64,000 bases of DNA. Origin: Takakia lepidozioides (taxonomy: Eukaryota; Plantae; Bryophyta). The notes below the pieces were generated by a model. It worked only from the letters and a program-made list of their open reading frames with translations, was not told the origin of the DNA and made no database searches. The DNA lies in the NCBI GenBank assembly GCA_030704615.1, contig CM060731.1:94550001-94614000 (forward strand). Direction: 5' to 3'. The position numbers and the translations under genes are program-made. This document shows positions 36,392 to 47,200 of this stretch, one piece after another; within the stretch, counting starts at the first letter, position 1, and each line of letters opens with the position of its first letter.

Positions 36392-36431
36392 CTCTGCTCA
36401 TGCCGCTCATGCTCATGAAATAGCAAACCTC
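36392..36431. repeat. Right TIR of element C
   Basis: ctctgctcatgccgctcatgctcatgaaatagcaaacctc, inverse of the left end. Confidence 0.8.
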
Positions 36432-36984
36432 CACGGAAGGACCGAATGGTGGCCTTCAGAGACATTGCCAACCCAACCTTGGTCCTATTAACTGTTGTTT
36501 GTTTCTTGCGGTTGTACGCCTTCTTCCACCTGGTTTTTGGGTAATAGCCACGATCTTGAACTGTGTCGAACGAAGCTTCACACTCTACAACCACATGGGA
36601 TTCAGGAACATCATCCGGGGAACAAGTCTGAAGCCCGCGGCCGACAAACAGTTCACTTCATCCCGGGTCAAATTTGTCCCCACCATCTCCGGCCATACAT
36701 GGGATGGATCTGGCCTGTCCTTCACATCCTTGTGAATCCTTCCCCAAACACACTGCTAAATGTCATCTGCACAGAACCAGAACTCCTGTATCTTACCACT
36801 TTCAAAGAATGGAGGCTGGAAAATTCCCTCATAGCGGGGAGGAACTCCCCCGAATTTGGCACTGCGAATAGGTTTTTTCCAAGGCTGCCCGCTGTCCACC
36901 CGGATAGCCCAATAGTGGGCCCGATATACTTCGCTTGTCCTTGCAATATGCCATATAGCTATGGACACAAGTTTAGGGACAGGA

Positions 36985-37600
36985 TGGGAAGTGTGTGCCG
37001 ACTTTCCAATGTCGGCCTGGGTAGTCTGTGCCGACTTCCCGAACCTTGAGTGGGAAGTCGGCACAGACTTCTGAGAGTCGGCACCGACTCTTGCGGTACA
37101 ATGTGACCCGGGGCAGGATGGTGGTGTTCTATTTGGGAAGTCGGCATAGACTTGCCAAAGTAGGCAATGGGACGTATGCATTCAGTAATGTAAGATGTCA
37201 TTAAAAGACATTTGAGTTGACGGTGCTGCCTTGTGCTTACAGGGGTTGAGCTTGAAGGAGGATGTGGATATGCCAAATGTGAACATGTCAGAGTCGGTCC
37301 ATGCTACCACTCGAGCGCTTCTGCAGACATCTGGATATCGGAAGTTCTTGAGGGGAGGGCATAAGGGAGTTGGCCCCAAACCGGGAGGAACTACTGTTGC
37401 GCGCAGTGTGAAGGTTGAATGATCCCACGAAATGGGGGGAGGCCATAAAGTCATGCGTTGTGGGGACACCGTTGCACAGCCGCGCCGATCGTTTGGAAGG
37501 TGATCTTGTGACAAAGACCACAAAGCAGAAGATAGTACTTTGCGACCTTCAAGAGGACAAAGAAGAACACTCTTGGAGGGCAGACATGAACCTGAAGATA
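36985..37600 (+). pseudogene. Relic D: intron end plus exon 2 of a third, more diverged transposase of the same family
   Basis: Acceptor cttacag|GLSLKEDVDMPNVNMSESVH...YRKFLRGGHKGVGP...NDPTKW...TPLHSRADRLEGD...EEHSWRAD aligns with C exon 2 (DTDMPTTNMAESVH...YNEFLKGKQWGLGP...NPRKW...TPLLRRGQHLEGD...EEDSWRAD). Confidence 0.78.
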
Positions 37601-37754
37601 GGACCCAAGCACATGGAGCTGGTGGATCCAGGGAGAACCCACTTGAAAGCCATTCATATGAGGACATGCATACCGGAGGCACAAGTTTGCCCGTCCAATA
37701 TGGGAAGCCTATATTTGAGCTCTCGTCAGGAATTTTATTTGTGGGGCAACCACA

Positions 37755-39578
37755 CACTCTCCCGTGAGACGTGCCCTCATCTCATGGGATCAGCTTTGTC
37801 AACCTAAGAAGAAGGGAGGGCTTGGGATTATTGATCCTGCAACGCAGATCAAGGCGCTTTTGGCCAAATGGATCCCCAGAGCCTTGATTCATCGTCACAG
37901 TCCTTGGAGCAAGCTCATTCAACCTTATCTCATGGGTGCGCATCCCACCTCCTCCCCGCTATGGACTCAATCATTACGATGGGTAGTGCAAGGCAAGAAT
38001 GCAAATGTGCACATGGGATCGAGACCTTGGCAGTCAATATGGGCAGCTTGGCAATCCATAAGAGGTTCCCTTACTCAAAAAATTCCTCTCAATTACGCTG
38101 AATGTTCCTGCCAGCCGCTCTTTGCAAACTATAACATGTACTCTGGTATGCTGATTGACCATAACCCAAAATGGGCATTATGGGAGCTTTGTGGGTTTAC
38201 CCATATGGGCAGCATCTGGGACCATAACCATTTCTTGGTTGCAGAAGCAGTCAACCCTATTCTTGGCCCGAGACGAGCCAGGGCATGGCCTGCACTACTT
38301 GATGAAAGTACGGGAATATATGAAGCCACTGCTCAGAGATGAAGATTCCTCGTGGTCTCCACCCACCTAGACGGCTTCAACTCTGCATAGAGGTAACACC
38401 GTCCTCCTGGTCCTAGAGGTAACTAGGCATACAGCCTCTGGTATAGCCTTTGAAGCTGACTTTCATGGGACTCTTCAACTCGATGGAATGATGGATCTGC
38501 CGAAGAGTTCTCTATTTCCCATAAGGGTGCTTGATTCCAAAGGAAATCTAAACCCTCAAATGGGTCAAGAGCTGACATGGGCTCGGCATTCTATTTTCAC
38601 GTGGTTTCTTAAATACCCCTTGGCTTCCCTGCAGTTTGACCCAGGGGAATGGAGCTGGATGGACTCCCACCACTCACCCTTTTTTGCCTACTTAGTGAAG
38701 ATGGCCTACTCACTATTAAGGCCTCCCCGATCCTTTCTTCACAAATGGAATTTGAAATGGAGTCACCTCCATCTCTCGCAGCAAACCTGGGATAAGGTAT
38801 GGAAAGATATCTGGAGGAAGCCAAAAGCAGCTAAGATCTCAGGCTTTTTGTGGAAGTTGGCACAGCTATTTCCAGATCTTCACAGCAACGCGAGACCAAG
38901 CTGGTCAATGATTTTCTCCAGTCCTGGGGGAAAAATGACACACTCGGCACCAGCCTTCCTTCTTTGCGTTTCTGCTGGCATGGCACTATCCCCGCGGACT
39001 AGGAGGTCTCCTGGTGATGGGGATGACGGTGACTTTTATTGGAGACATAAGAAGGCTCGCGTTACAAAGTCCCGAACTCAGCTTCGATTTTAGCTCTTTT
39101 ACGTGTGCTTCATAGGATGTTCCCTGCTGGCTTAAACAGTGGCTCCTATTGGAAGCGCATAAGTGCTTCAGTGACATTGCTTTGATCTCCATTGCTGATT
39201 TGGGGCACACCTAATTTGCCTCTGTCAAGCAGGTAGAATGCAGGCAGCCTGCAACAGCCTCGGCAGTCAGCTCGTCTTTCTCGTTTGGGCTTACTTCTTC
39301 TTCTACTGCCCCTAATTCCACCACTCCACTTTTGTTGCCCCCTTTGGAACCATAATCCAGCATGCTCGTTCTTACCTTCTAGCTACCAACAATCTTCCCC
39401 CTGTCTAGCACCTCATGTAGCAAGTTAGCTTTGGCTCCGGGGAAGTTCCCCCTCAATTAGCCTTCACGGCCTTCCTAGGTGGTTATTTTTTCCACCTGTT
39501 GTTATATTTCTTTTTAATTAATTTGAGTAAAAGGGCCTCCGTCCCCTTTCTCTAAAATAAATAAAAAATAAAAATAAA
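37755..39578 (+). mobile_element. 5'-truncated L1-type LINE relic (post-RT C-terminal region) with A-rich tail
   Basis: ISWDQLCQPKKKGGLGIID..IKALLAKW (plant L1 hallmark); WKDIWRKPKAAKISGFLWKLA (zf-RVT lead-in); aaaataaataaaaaataaaaataaaa tail at ~39553-39578. Confidence 0.8.
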
Positions 39579-40119
39579 AGGGCTCTACATTGATGCAACT
39601 ACATCCTCATAAGTCTCATCACCTATCTCATCTGAATCTTTTGAATATGAGAATATGTTAAGGTTAGGAACATCATCATCCTCGATATGCATGTTTGCAA
39701 GACATCGGCTCATGCTCTCAATGACACTTCCACCAAGGTAGACATCTGGAACATCCTCCATGACAAAGATCTCCTTCCACGAGGGTGTCTGGGTTTGAAA
39801 ACAAAGAAGATGTAAAATTGGCTCTGGTTGCCTCACCTGAAAGGCATCATGAAATGCTCGTAAAATTCCACAAAGTCTCCAACCTGAAATAATCATCTCC
39901 TAAAGAGAATTACGGTTGTACCAGATGTGTAAGTATAGGTAAGACCCTTCAGTACCACTTACCTACTAATACATGCCTAATGTTTGGAAATTACCTAGGT
40001 GAGGTGCCTAAATAATAAAAACGAATCTGCCGAATAATATTCCATTTTTATTAATTATTAGGGGCGTAATAAGATAGGTAAGTACGGTACGCTTGAACCA
40101 GGCAATCTGTAATGTAGGT

Positions 40120-40143
40120 GGGGGGGGGGGGGGGGGGGGGGGG
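40120..40143. repeat. Poly-G homopolymer (24 nt)
   Basis: Direct reading. Confidence 0.95.
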
Positions 40144-41693
40144 CGGGCATGCTAGAATGGGTCACTAGAAGTCTCAGGGACTCTCAGTTGACTTGCGGTC
40201 GAGTAAGTTAACGCCTAGTTAACGCCCACAAGTTGGGGTTCAAGCAGAAGGAACAAACATAAACATATCCATATTCATCTGGAAACGCCTTAATTTTTTG
40301 CAAAGCCCTACAAACGTGGCGTTCAACTTCAGAGACGATTAAAGCATGCTACAATCATCAGCAGCATCTGCCACAAGTGCATTACAAGAAGAACCTCTTC
40401 GTTCAACATATGGAGATGATGGAGAGCGAGCAAAAAGACACGTAAAGCGTAAAGCAACATCGGCATTGGTAAAGATGCATGAATGTGATGCAACTGACCG
40501 AGCAGGAATAAAGTCAGAAATCACTCTGATAAAAGAAATGATGAGGCATGTGAGCATCACAATTATCATATAAATGTGGCCCAGCCCTGTGGGCTTTCCT
40601 CCCATTCCTTGGTCTGCTTGGCTACATGTCTTGTCTGGCTGTTATGCAACGTTTCATGTCATCAGGACAAAACCAAAACTTGTGAGGCCTGGCCTCCCGC
40701 GCACTATAATGTGTCTGTTGTTCCGCACACACGCACACACAACACATTGAACATTGGAGGGGAAGGAACAACCTGAAGGCACAGTCATATGCAACAGAAG
40801 GAGAAGTGGTGCAGAATGCCAAGAAGGCATCACCAAGTATCGGAGTGAGCTGCCAAATCCTAGACCTTTAATTGTTGTATCAAGCAACTTTACAATGCTC
40901 GTGCCCCTGAAGCTATTCCCACCTCTGTGGGCAAAACAAAAATTATCTGGACTACATTCCAACAGTTTGCTCTGGCAGGCTTCCTGCTTTCCTCCCCCTT
41001 TTCACTTTCCATCCAGAAGAACAAATGACAACCAGAACCTGGAAAGCTGGGAGGAATTGATTGTGCAGAAAACCCAAAAGGAAAGAAAAGAAAGGGCCAG
41101 AACTATAATGGCGCACACATTCTATCAAGAGGTGATCCACTAATGGAATCTGTCAACATAGCCCAGTTGCGAACAACCAAGCCCTTGCATGGATTGGGTA
41201 CACATAAAACCATAACAGTCACAGAGGGAAATTGTCCACCCCTAATGGTCTATCCATCTCCACCCAACAGTATCCCTGGGCTGGTGACTAGCTTGGTTCT
41301 TTGGAGATTGTTGGTTAGGGGCCCTTAATCTTACCATGGAACTTGTCCATTCTTCCTGGGAAGTGCATAGGCCTTTGATGAGACCATAGTCCGACCCCTC
41401 ATTTACTAAGCCGTGTGTGGGCAGTCCGCCCAAATCCCCTTCCAAAAGAGAAAACCCAGGGATGAACCCCAGTTTCTATTGGTGAGTCAGGTCAATGACC
41501 TTACCCTTGAGCAGGGCGAGAACATGTTGTGCCTTTCTTACAGGAACCCTGCTTGTGCGACCTCCCTCCCTCTTTTCATAAGAGAAGCCCCTTCAAATGT
41601 GAACATAGGGAGTGCAAAATAGAAAAGAATGGAGGGAGTCTGTCCTAAAGTCATTCTGTGTATGTGTTTTTAAAAGGAGAGCAAGCACCAATG

Positions 41694-44291
41694 TTACAAA
41701 GTTGCATTGAGGAAAACCTCATCCGGGATTCCATCGAAACCGTCACTGCCATTCATGAACAGTTCGGCATCTTTCTCTTCCTCATTCACAAAATCTCGGC
41801 GCTCGAGCTTTGCATGCGACGCAATAAATATCATCTTCTCTGCTTTCTCAATTGCAAGTCGGGAGTTCCCATTTCGGTAGGCCCATCGCCAAAGCGACCA
41901 ATTGCATTTGAGGCCGCAGCTTGTGGCATGCAAGAAAATCAGACGAACAGCCACTTTGCCCAGGGACTTGAACTCACTAAGGCACGTCTCCCACACCAAC
42001 CGTCGGCTCTGTGGGTTGACAGATTTCATTCGGCCTGTTAGTGGGTCGGTCTCTTTTACCTGGACAGCCTGGGCATAGAGTGGATCAAGTCCATCAGCCC
42101 GCCACTTCATTAGCTCCATCAATGCAATGTGGGCTTCCTCCCTTGCAACCAGTCGAGTGATCAACCGGTCAACATCCTTCTCTTGCTCAATTGTCAGGCA
42201 CTTAAAGGGTGGCAGGTACTTGCCACTGGTGTCGCGGAGGAGGTAAAGGGGGTCAAGGATGAAGGAGGCCGCCCATGCTGGGTGATAGTTCTTGTTGAAT
42301 CGTTTCTCAATCACATCTTGAAGAAGTGACTCATCCTTATCATAGCGGGCACACCACTCTTTCACCTTGCCTCTTAGGTCATCCCACAGTGGCAAGCACT
42401 GGCTCACCAATGGCCGATCAACCTCAATATCACTCACCATGACCTTAACTATCTTGATCAAGTCTTGAACAGCTTCCAGATCTGGCCAGAACCGCATGCC
42501 CGCCACCATGTCTGTCACATCTCGTCCTAGTTGGTCATCTGAAAATTGTAGTCTAAAGGATTCATCCAACACTGTCAGCTGGAGAGCTCGGGCCGAGGCC
42601 GCAATGTCATCCAGCATCACCAGCACATATGCATAATGGGGATCCGCAAACTGGGGATCTGGAGGTGTTCGTAAAAGTTTCACAGTGTCGTACTCCTGGT
42701 GCAGTCCGGTCGAGGATATAGAAAGCATCAATAATTGGATGGGACATATTGAAGGAAAGTGAGATTCCAGAACCCTGCTTTTGCCGAGTGTCAAAGGCAA
42801 GCTAAATGTGTAGATTGACTCCTGCTTCTGAGGATTTCTTGTGAAATTCTGCATGGCTTCTACTGCTGAGTGTACCTCATCAAGGTGGCACTTTTATGGT
42901 CTAATGGGGGAGGCACTTCACATTGGTTATGCAGTTTTGCAAGAGTGTCATTAAGGCCTGAGCATAAGGCAGCTGAGTCAATGCCTGGGGAACAAGCACT
43001 CCCAAAATGAGACAAAATTAAAAAATGGACACTTCAAAAAGTGACACAGAGGCTGTAGTCTTACCTGGCGCTGGTACTTTTGCAAGTAAGTCCGAGCTTG
43101 CAGCTGGCCGTTGAAGAAGGCGGCCAGCTTGATGCATTCTGCAGCCACGGATCTGAAAAGAGGGAGATGCTTGTTGAAGTCTTTTAACAGATTGCTGAAC
43201 CCTTGCGCCTGGCAGGAGAGGTTGACCATCCATGGATGCCGGTATTCCAATTCCTGCAAAGCCTTCAAGCTGTACTTATCAGCATCAGCCACTACCCCCA
43301 CACAGCGCTCTGGGGAGGGCCCACAGATAGAAGTTATTGCCTCAGACAGGGTTTCTTCAACAAGCGTCACAGAAACTGCACCGGCGTTCACGTTAACTAC
43401 ACTGCGAAAAAGAGAGTTCCCATTTGGAAGGTTGAGTGTGATGTTGATAAGTGTCTCCCCCATGCTGGTTGTCTTCTTCTTCCACCCATCTGACGCAAGC
43501 TGGAAAAACATGGCCTCCCGAAGCTTAGCCTCTGATTCTTGCTTCACTTCCTCAAATTTCGCGTCCAACTTTGCGCCCGCAAGGTACCGGCGGCTTACAG
43601 GTGGCAAACCCAGCTGACTCAGAAACGCCTTGAACTTGGGGTGTTCCACACACGAGAAAGATACGGTCCCACAGGATTCATACAACCACTCTGCTAGAAG
43701 GTTGAGAGCTGCCTCGGTCTGTGCTTTGTTTGGCCCAGTCTGCCCTTGTGAGGCCCCCCCCACCTTCATGCCTGGGCTCTTGAGCTTCTTCACACTGTCT
43801 TCTAGTAACGCCAGAGCACCCAAATCCTCTTTTCCCCCTGACAGCAATAAAGGAGGGGCAAGACCGACCCTCGCCGCTTCTGAACTGGGAGGCCGAGGGG
43901 TGTCAATAGAGATCGCCGGAGGCCCCAAGGATGTTGGCGCACTCCGTTTCCTTGTGCTGGAGGCCGGGGGTGGTGCTGTTGACTTAGGGCCTGGTTGGGA
44001 TGCAAGAGTTTTGGGAACAACGCCATTGAAATTGGGACAGGTACCCCGTTTAAGATGCTCTGATGCGGTGCGTGAGGGATTTGAAGCTGAGAACATGGCA
44101 TTGCAAAGAGAGCATCGTAGCTTGACTGCTTTGGGGACCCCAGTGTCGGGGTGCGGGACTAAGAGGGGCTGGAGGTGTGACCAGTACCAAGCCCCCTTCC
44201 CTTTGATAGCCTTGTTACGTACAGTAACAAGCCCATCAAAGCGCTTGTGCAGCGCCTTGGCTGACAAGTCGTTGTCCTCGTGCCCTGCCAT
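41694..44291 (-). CDS. Conserved plant hAT-transposase-derived protein (BED-like zinc finger plus DUF659/RNaseH-like); 2 exons, 44291-43065 and 42695-41694
   Basis: Intact ORFs: KALHKRFDGLVTVRNKAIKGKGAWYW.HL.P, CSLCNAMFSASNPSRTASEHLKRGTCPNF, FQLASDGW, KNYHPAWAASFILDPLYL, LGKVAVRLIFLHATSCG. The GT-AG intron joins the exons in frame (QRQ|EYD). Resembles the Arabidopsis At1g12380/At1g62870 family from memory. Confidence 0.9.
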
Positions 44292-47200
44292 CAATATGCT
44301 CACTCCCCTCCCTCACGGTGTGCTGCTGTTTCTATGGGTCCCTCGCTTTCTTCTACTACTTCCTGGCCTACCCATCTTGCCTGGCCCCACCAGAGCCACA
44401 CTGATTTATGCTGCAGAAGTTTGGGGGCCAGGACGAGAGTAGGGCGCTGAGTTCCTGAAATAAGATAGAGATCAAAGCAACCTCAAATGGTGGGGTTCTG
44501 AAGGCTTATCACGGGGCATGGGGTCTTCTACTATTCGTCCGTCATTGAGAGTTTACTGGAGAGATGAAGAGAGACAAGAGCGGGCACGAGACAAGAAAGA
44601 CAGGAGGGGGGGGCGGGGGAAGTATGAGAGATAGTCAATGGAAAGAAACCAGAAAAATCAACCTTTCACCTGAGGCAAGAGTTACGAGAAAAAGGATGGT
44701 TCTACATCCAACCCAAGACTACGAAAACCACCACAACCGTGCTCGAGTGGATTACACATGTTCTAAGCTCACAGGCTTCTAGGGTTGCAATGGGAGGACA
44801 ACGAGGGTTCTTCTACTCTACATGCAACAATCTTGAGGTTCCAATGCCAGTACCTTCAGCCTGGCCATGGTACGTCCCAAACTCAAGCACCCTGCTGGCC
44901 TTAGGCACCAACACAGAGCAGCACTCAGGTCGGGCGGCGATGGCGGGAACCCAGAAAACCTCTCAATCGGTTGGCATAACCCCCCAACCCAAAGTGCATT
45001 AGAGCACCATTACACTAGCACCAGAGCCTGCTTGCCTGCGAAGAAGACGAGAGAAAACAAGAGAGAAGAAAAGCAGCAGAGGCATTACCTGGGAGAGCAA
45101 TGCATAAATCCGGGGGCATTCCCAATTTTCAGGGAACGTGTAATCACCACCGGCCAGGTAACTCTACCGTTAACCGCTCTCACAACTCCCTCGCCTACTC
45201 TACCCTGCCTGTATCCACAGTACCTACCTACATGATCGTATCTAGGGATCTTGGCCCTCACTACACTACCCAGCGCGCGGGGGCGGCTGAAGCTCACATG
45301 GCCGTGCTCTCAATCCCAACATTCGGCGCCTCGTGCCGCGCGGTTTTTAACCCTTTTTTCATCCTGTTTTCATCTAGATGACCGCTACTCCAAAGGCAAT
45401 GCCTTAGGATCTTCATTTTGACCTCTAATTGTTTTTTTGAAATAACCAGGGAATGAAATAACCAGGACCATCCATGAGGAGTACATCGTGAAAAAAAGAA
45501 AAAGAAAAAAAAAGAGGAAACTATTTTGACCTAATGTTTATGTTACTGCCTTTATCGTGATTGGGACTTGCAACATTTTGTGGACAATGTGGATTTGCGT
45601 TTGGATGTGAGACAGTCAAGTAGTGAAATGATTACCCCCCCTCCCCTCCCCCCCCCCCCCCCTCCCTTTTTTTCTTAACAGAAGAGGGGATGGAAGCCCT
45701 CGTCTTTTATTAATGAGGGGATGTCTTGGAAACACCTAGACACAATTATGATTTAAAAGATAAAAAATCCGTAAAGCTTTATACAACAAGAACCTCTAAG
45801 TGGACAAATAAAAGCATAGAGAAAGGGAAATGTAGGCAACAAAGCCAATCAAACCAATCTAGCTTCACCCACTGCCTGAAGTAGATCAGCTTGTGCTTGT
45901 AAGGCTACAAGAACAGAGGATGAGCGAATGGACTAATTAATTTAGATGCATATATGGTGGATAAATGAAGTACTAGTCTTTAGTAGGTGGCTGATAGACA
46001 TGCTCTAGACTCTAGTAATGGACCTTCCTTCTTCTCTTGAGGACATGTCATAAATAGACAATTTTAACGCTCATAGCAAGGCTATTGTACAAGAAACCAG
46101 CTCCCTTAATACAAATGATTCTCATTGGATGGCTCGAAACCTTCCATCTTTTTGCTAAATCTAGAAACTTTTGCAGCGAATTTGATTGTCCGTCAACTCG
46201 CAGCCACTTTGCTAATCCAGACAAGTTTAAACTTTTCATCCTTGTGCTGGAGATAACCATGTGATTGTGGGTGTAAAAAAATGTGTAGTTAGATTCATTG
46301 AAGTGGAGGCAGTCTCTGTCTTGGTGCTTCAGGTTGACAATTGGTTCTCATTGGGAAACCGTGATGATTGTCATCAATGCTGGTTATATTCTGTAAGACC
46401 AACAGATTTTGTTTCTAAGTTTCTCCAAGACCAAATATATTGAGATTACTGAGTTGAAAAGAAAGTATCCTTAACGGATTTTCTCCCTAGAAAAATAGAG
46501 CGCAGCTTCGCATCCAAATTCTCATGATAATTGGAACTGGTGAAAACCACCTCCATCCCTTTGGGTATGATGAGGTTTGTATGTCTGCAATGTCATCCAC
46601 GGAAGAGGCTAGCGCGGATGACACAGGGGTGCATCATCCACGGAAGTGGGGCAGTGTGGATGAAAGAGGGGGCGCTCCATTGTCGCACGCGGGCAACGCG
46701 GGTCGCGGCGTAGCACCCAATGTGCTGCCCGCCTGCCCACACGTTGCTCCCTAGGCCTGCCCAATGCCCGAAATACAATTTTGTTGACTGCCCATGGTAG
46801 TGATCCGATAAGAGACATACAGGGTACGGTACAGCCCTCCTGCCTGGCTATACATACCTGCGATGTTACTGCTGAGGTTTTACTCTCAGGTGCTGAAAAT
46901 GCAGGCAGAAGGTGGCGTCGTATCATTTGGACTATGTTGTAAGGGAGTTGTAGTTGTATTATGTCTTTTGGCTTTAATTCTCACCCTTCTATCAAAAGCG
47001 TGCTGTCACCTGTTGCAAAAGCTAGGCAAGCTGCTCCCCACCAGCCCCATTCACCCAACACGCTGCATAGGCTAGCCACCATTCAGCAAACAAGAAGAAT
47101 AATGCATGGAAGGCAGGCAGAGCAAGGCATGTACCAGAATTGTCAACGGTCGTCATGAGGTGGGAGAAGTAATGGCAGGGAGACCTCCGAAGTACACAGC

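Larger units (their letters stand above)
23748..36431. mobile_element. Element C: apparently complete ~12.7-kb Mutator-like transposon with divergent ParB-MTase (-) and transposase (+) genes
   Basis: Left end GGGGGCTGCTATTTCATGAGCGGCATGAGC; right end reverse-complements to GAGGTTTGCTATTTCATGAGCATGAGCGGCATGAGC. Two genes and three palindrome clusters lie between. No convincing long TSD. Confidence 0.85.

Noticed and set aside
39585-39896. Possible pogo/Tc1-like transposase C-terminal remnant (IISGWRLCGI)
   Set aside because: The similarity is too short and there is no DDE motif or TIR to support it.
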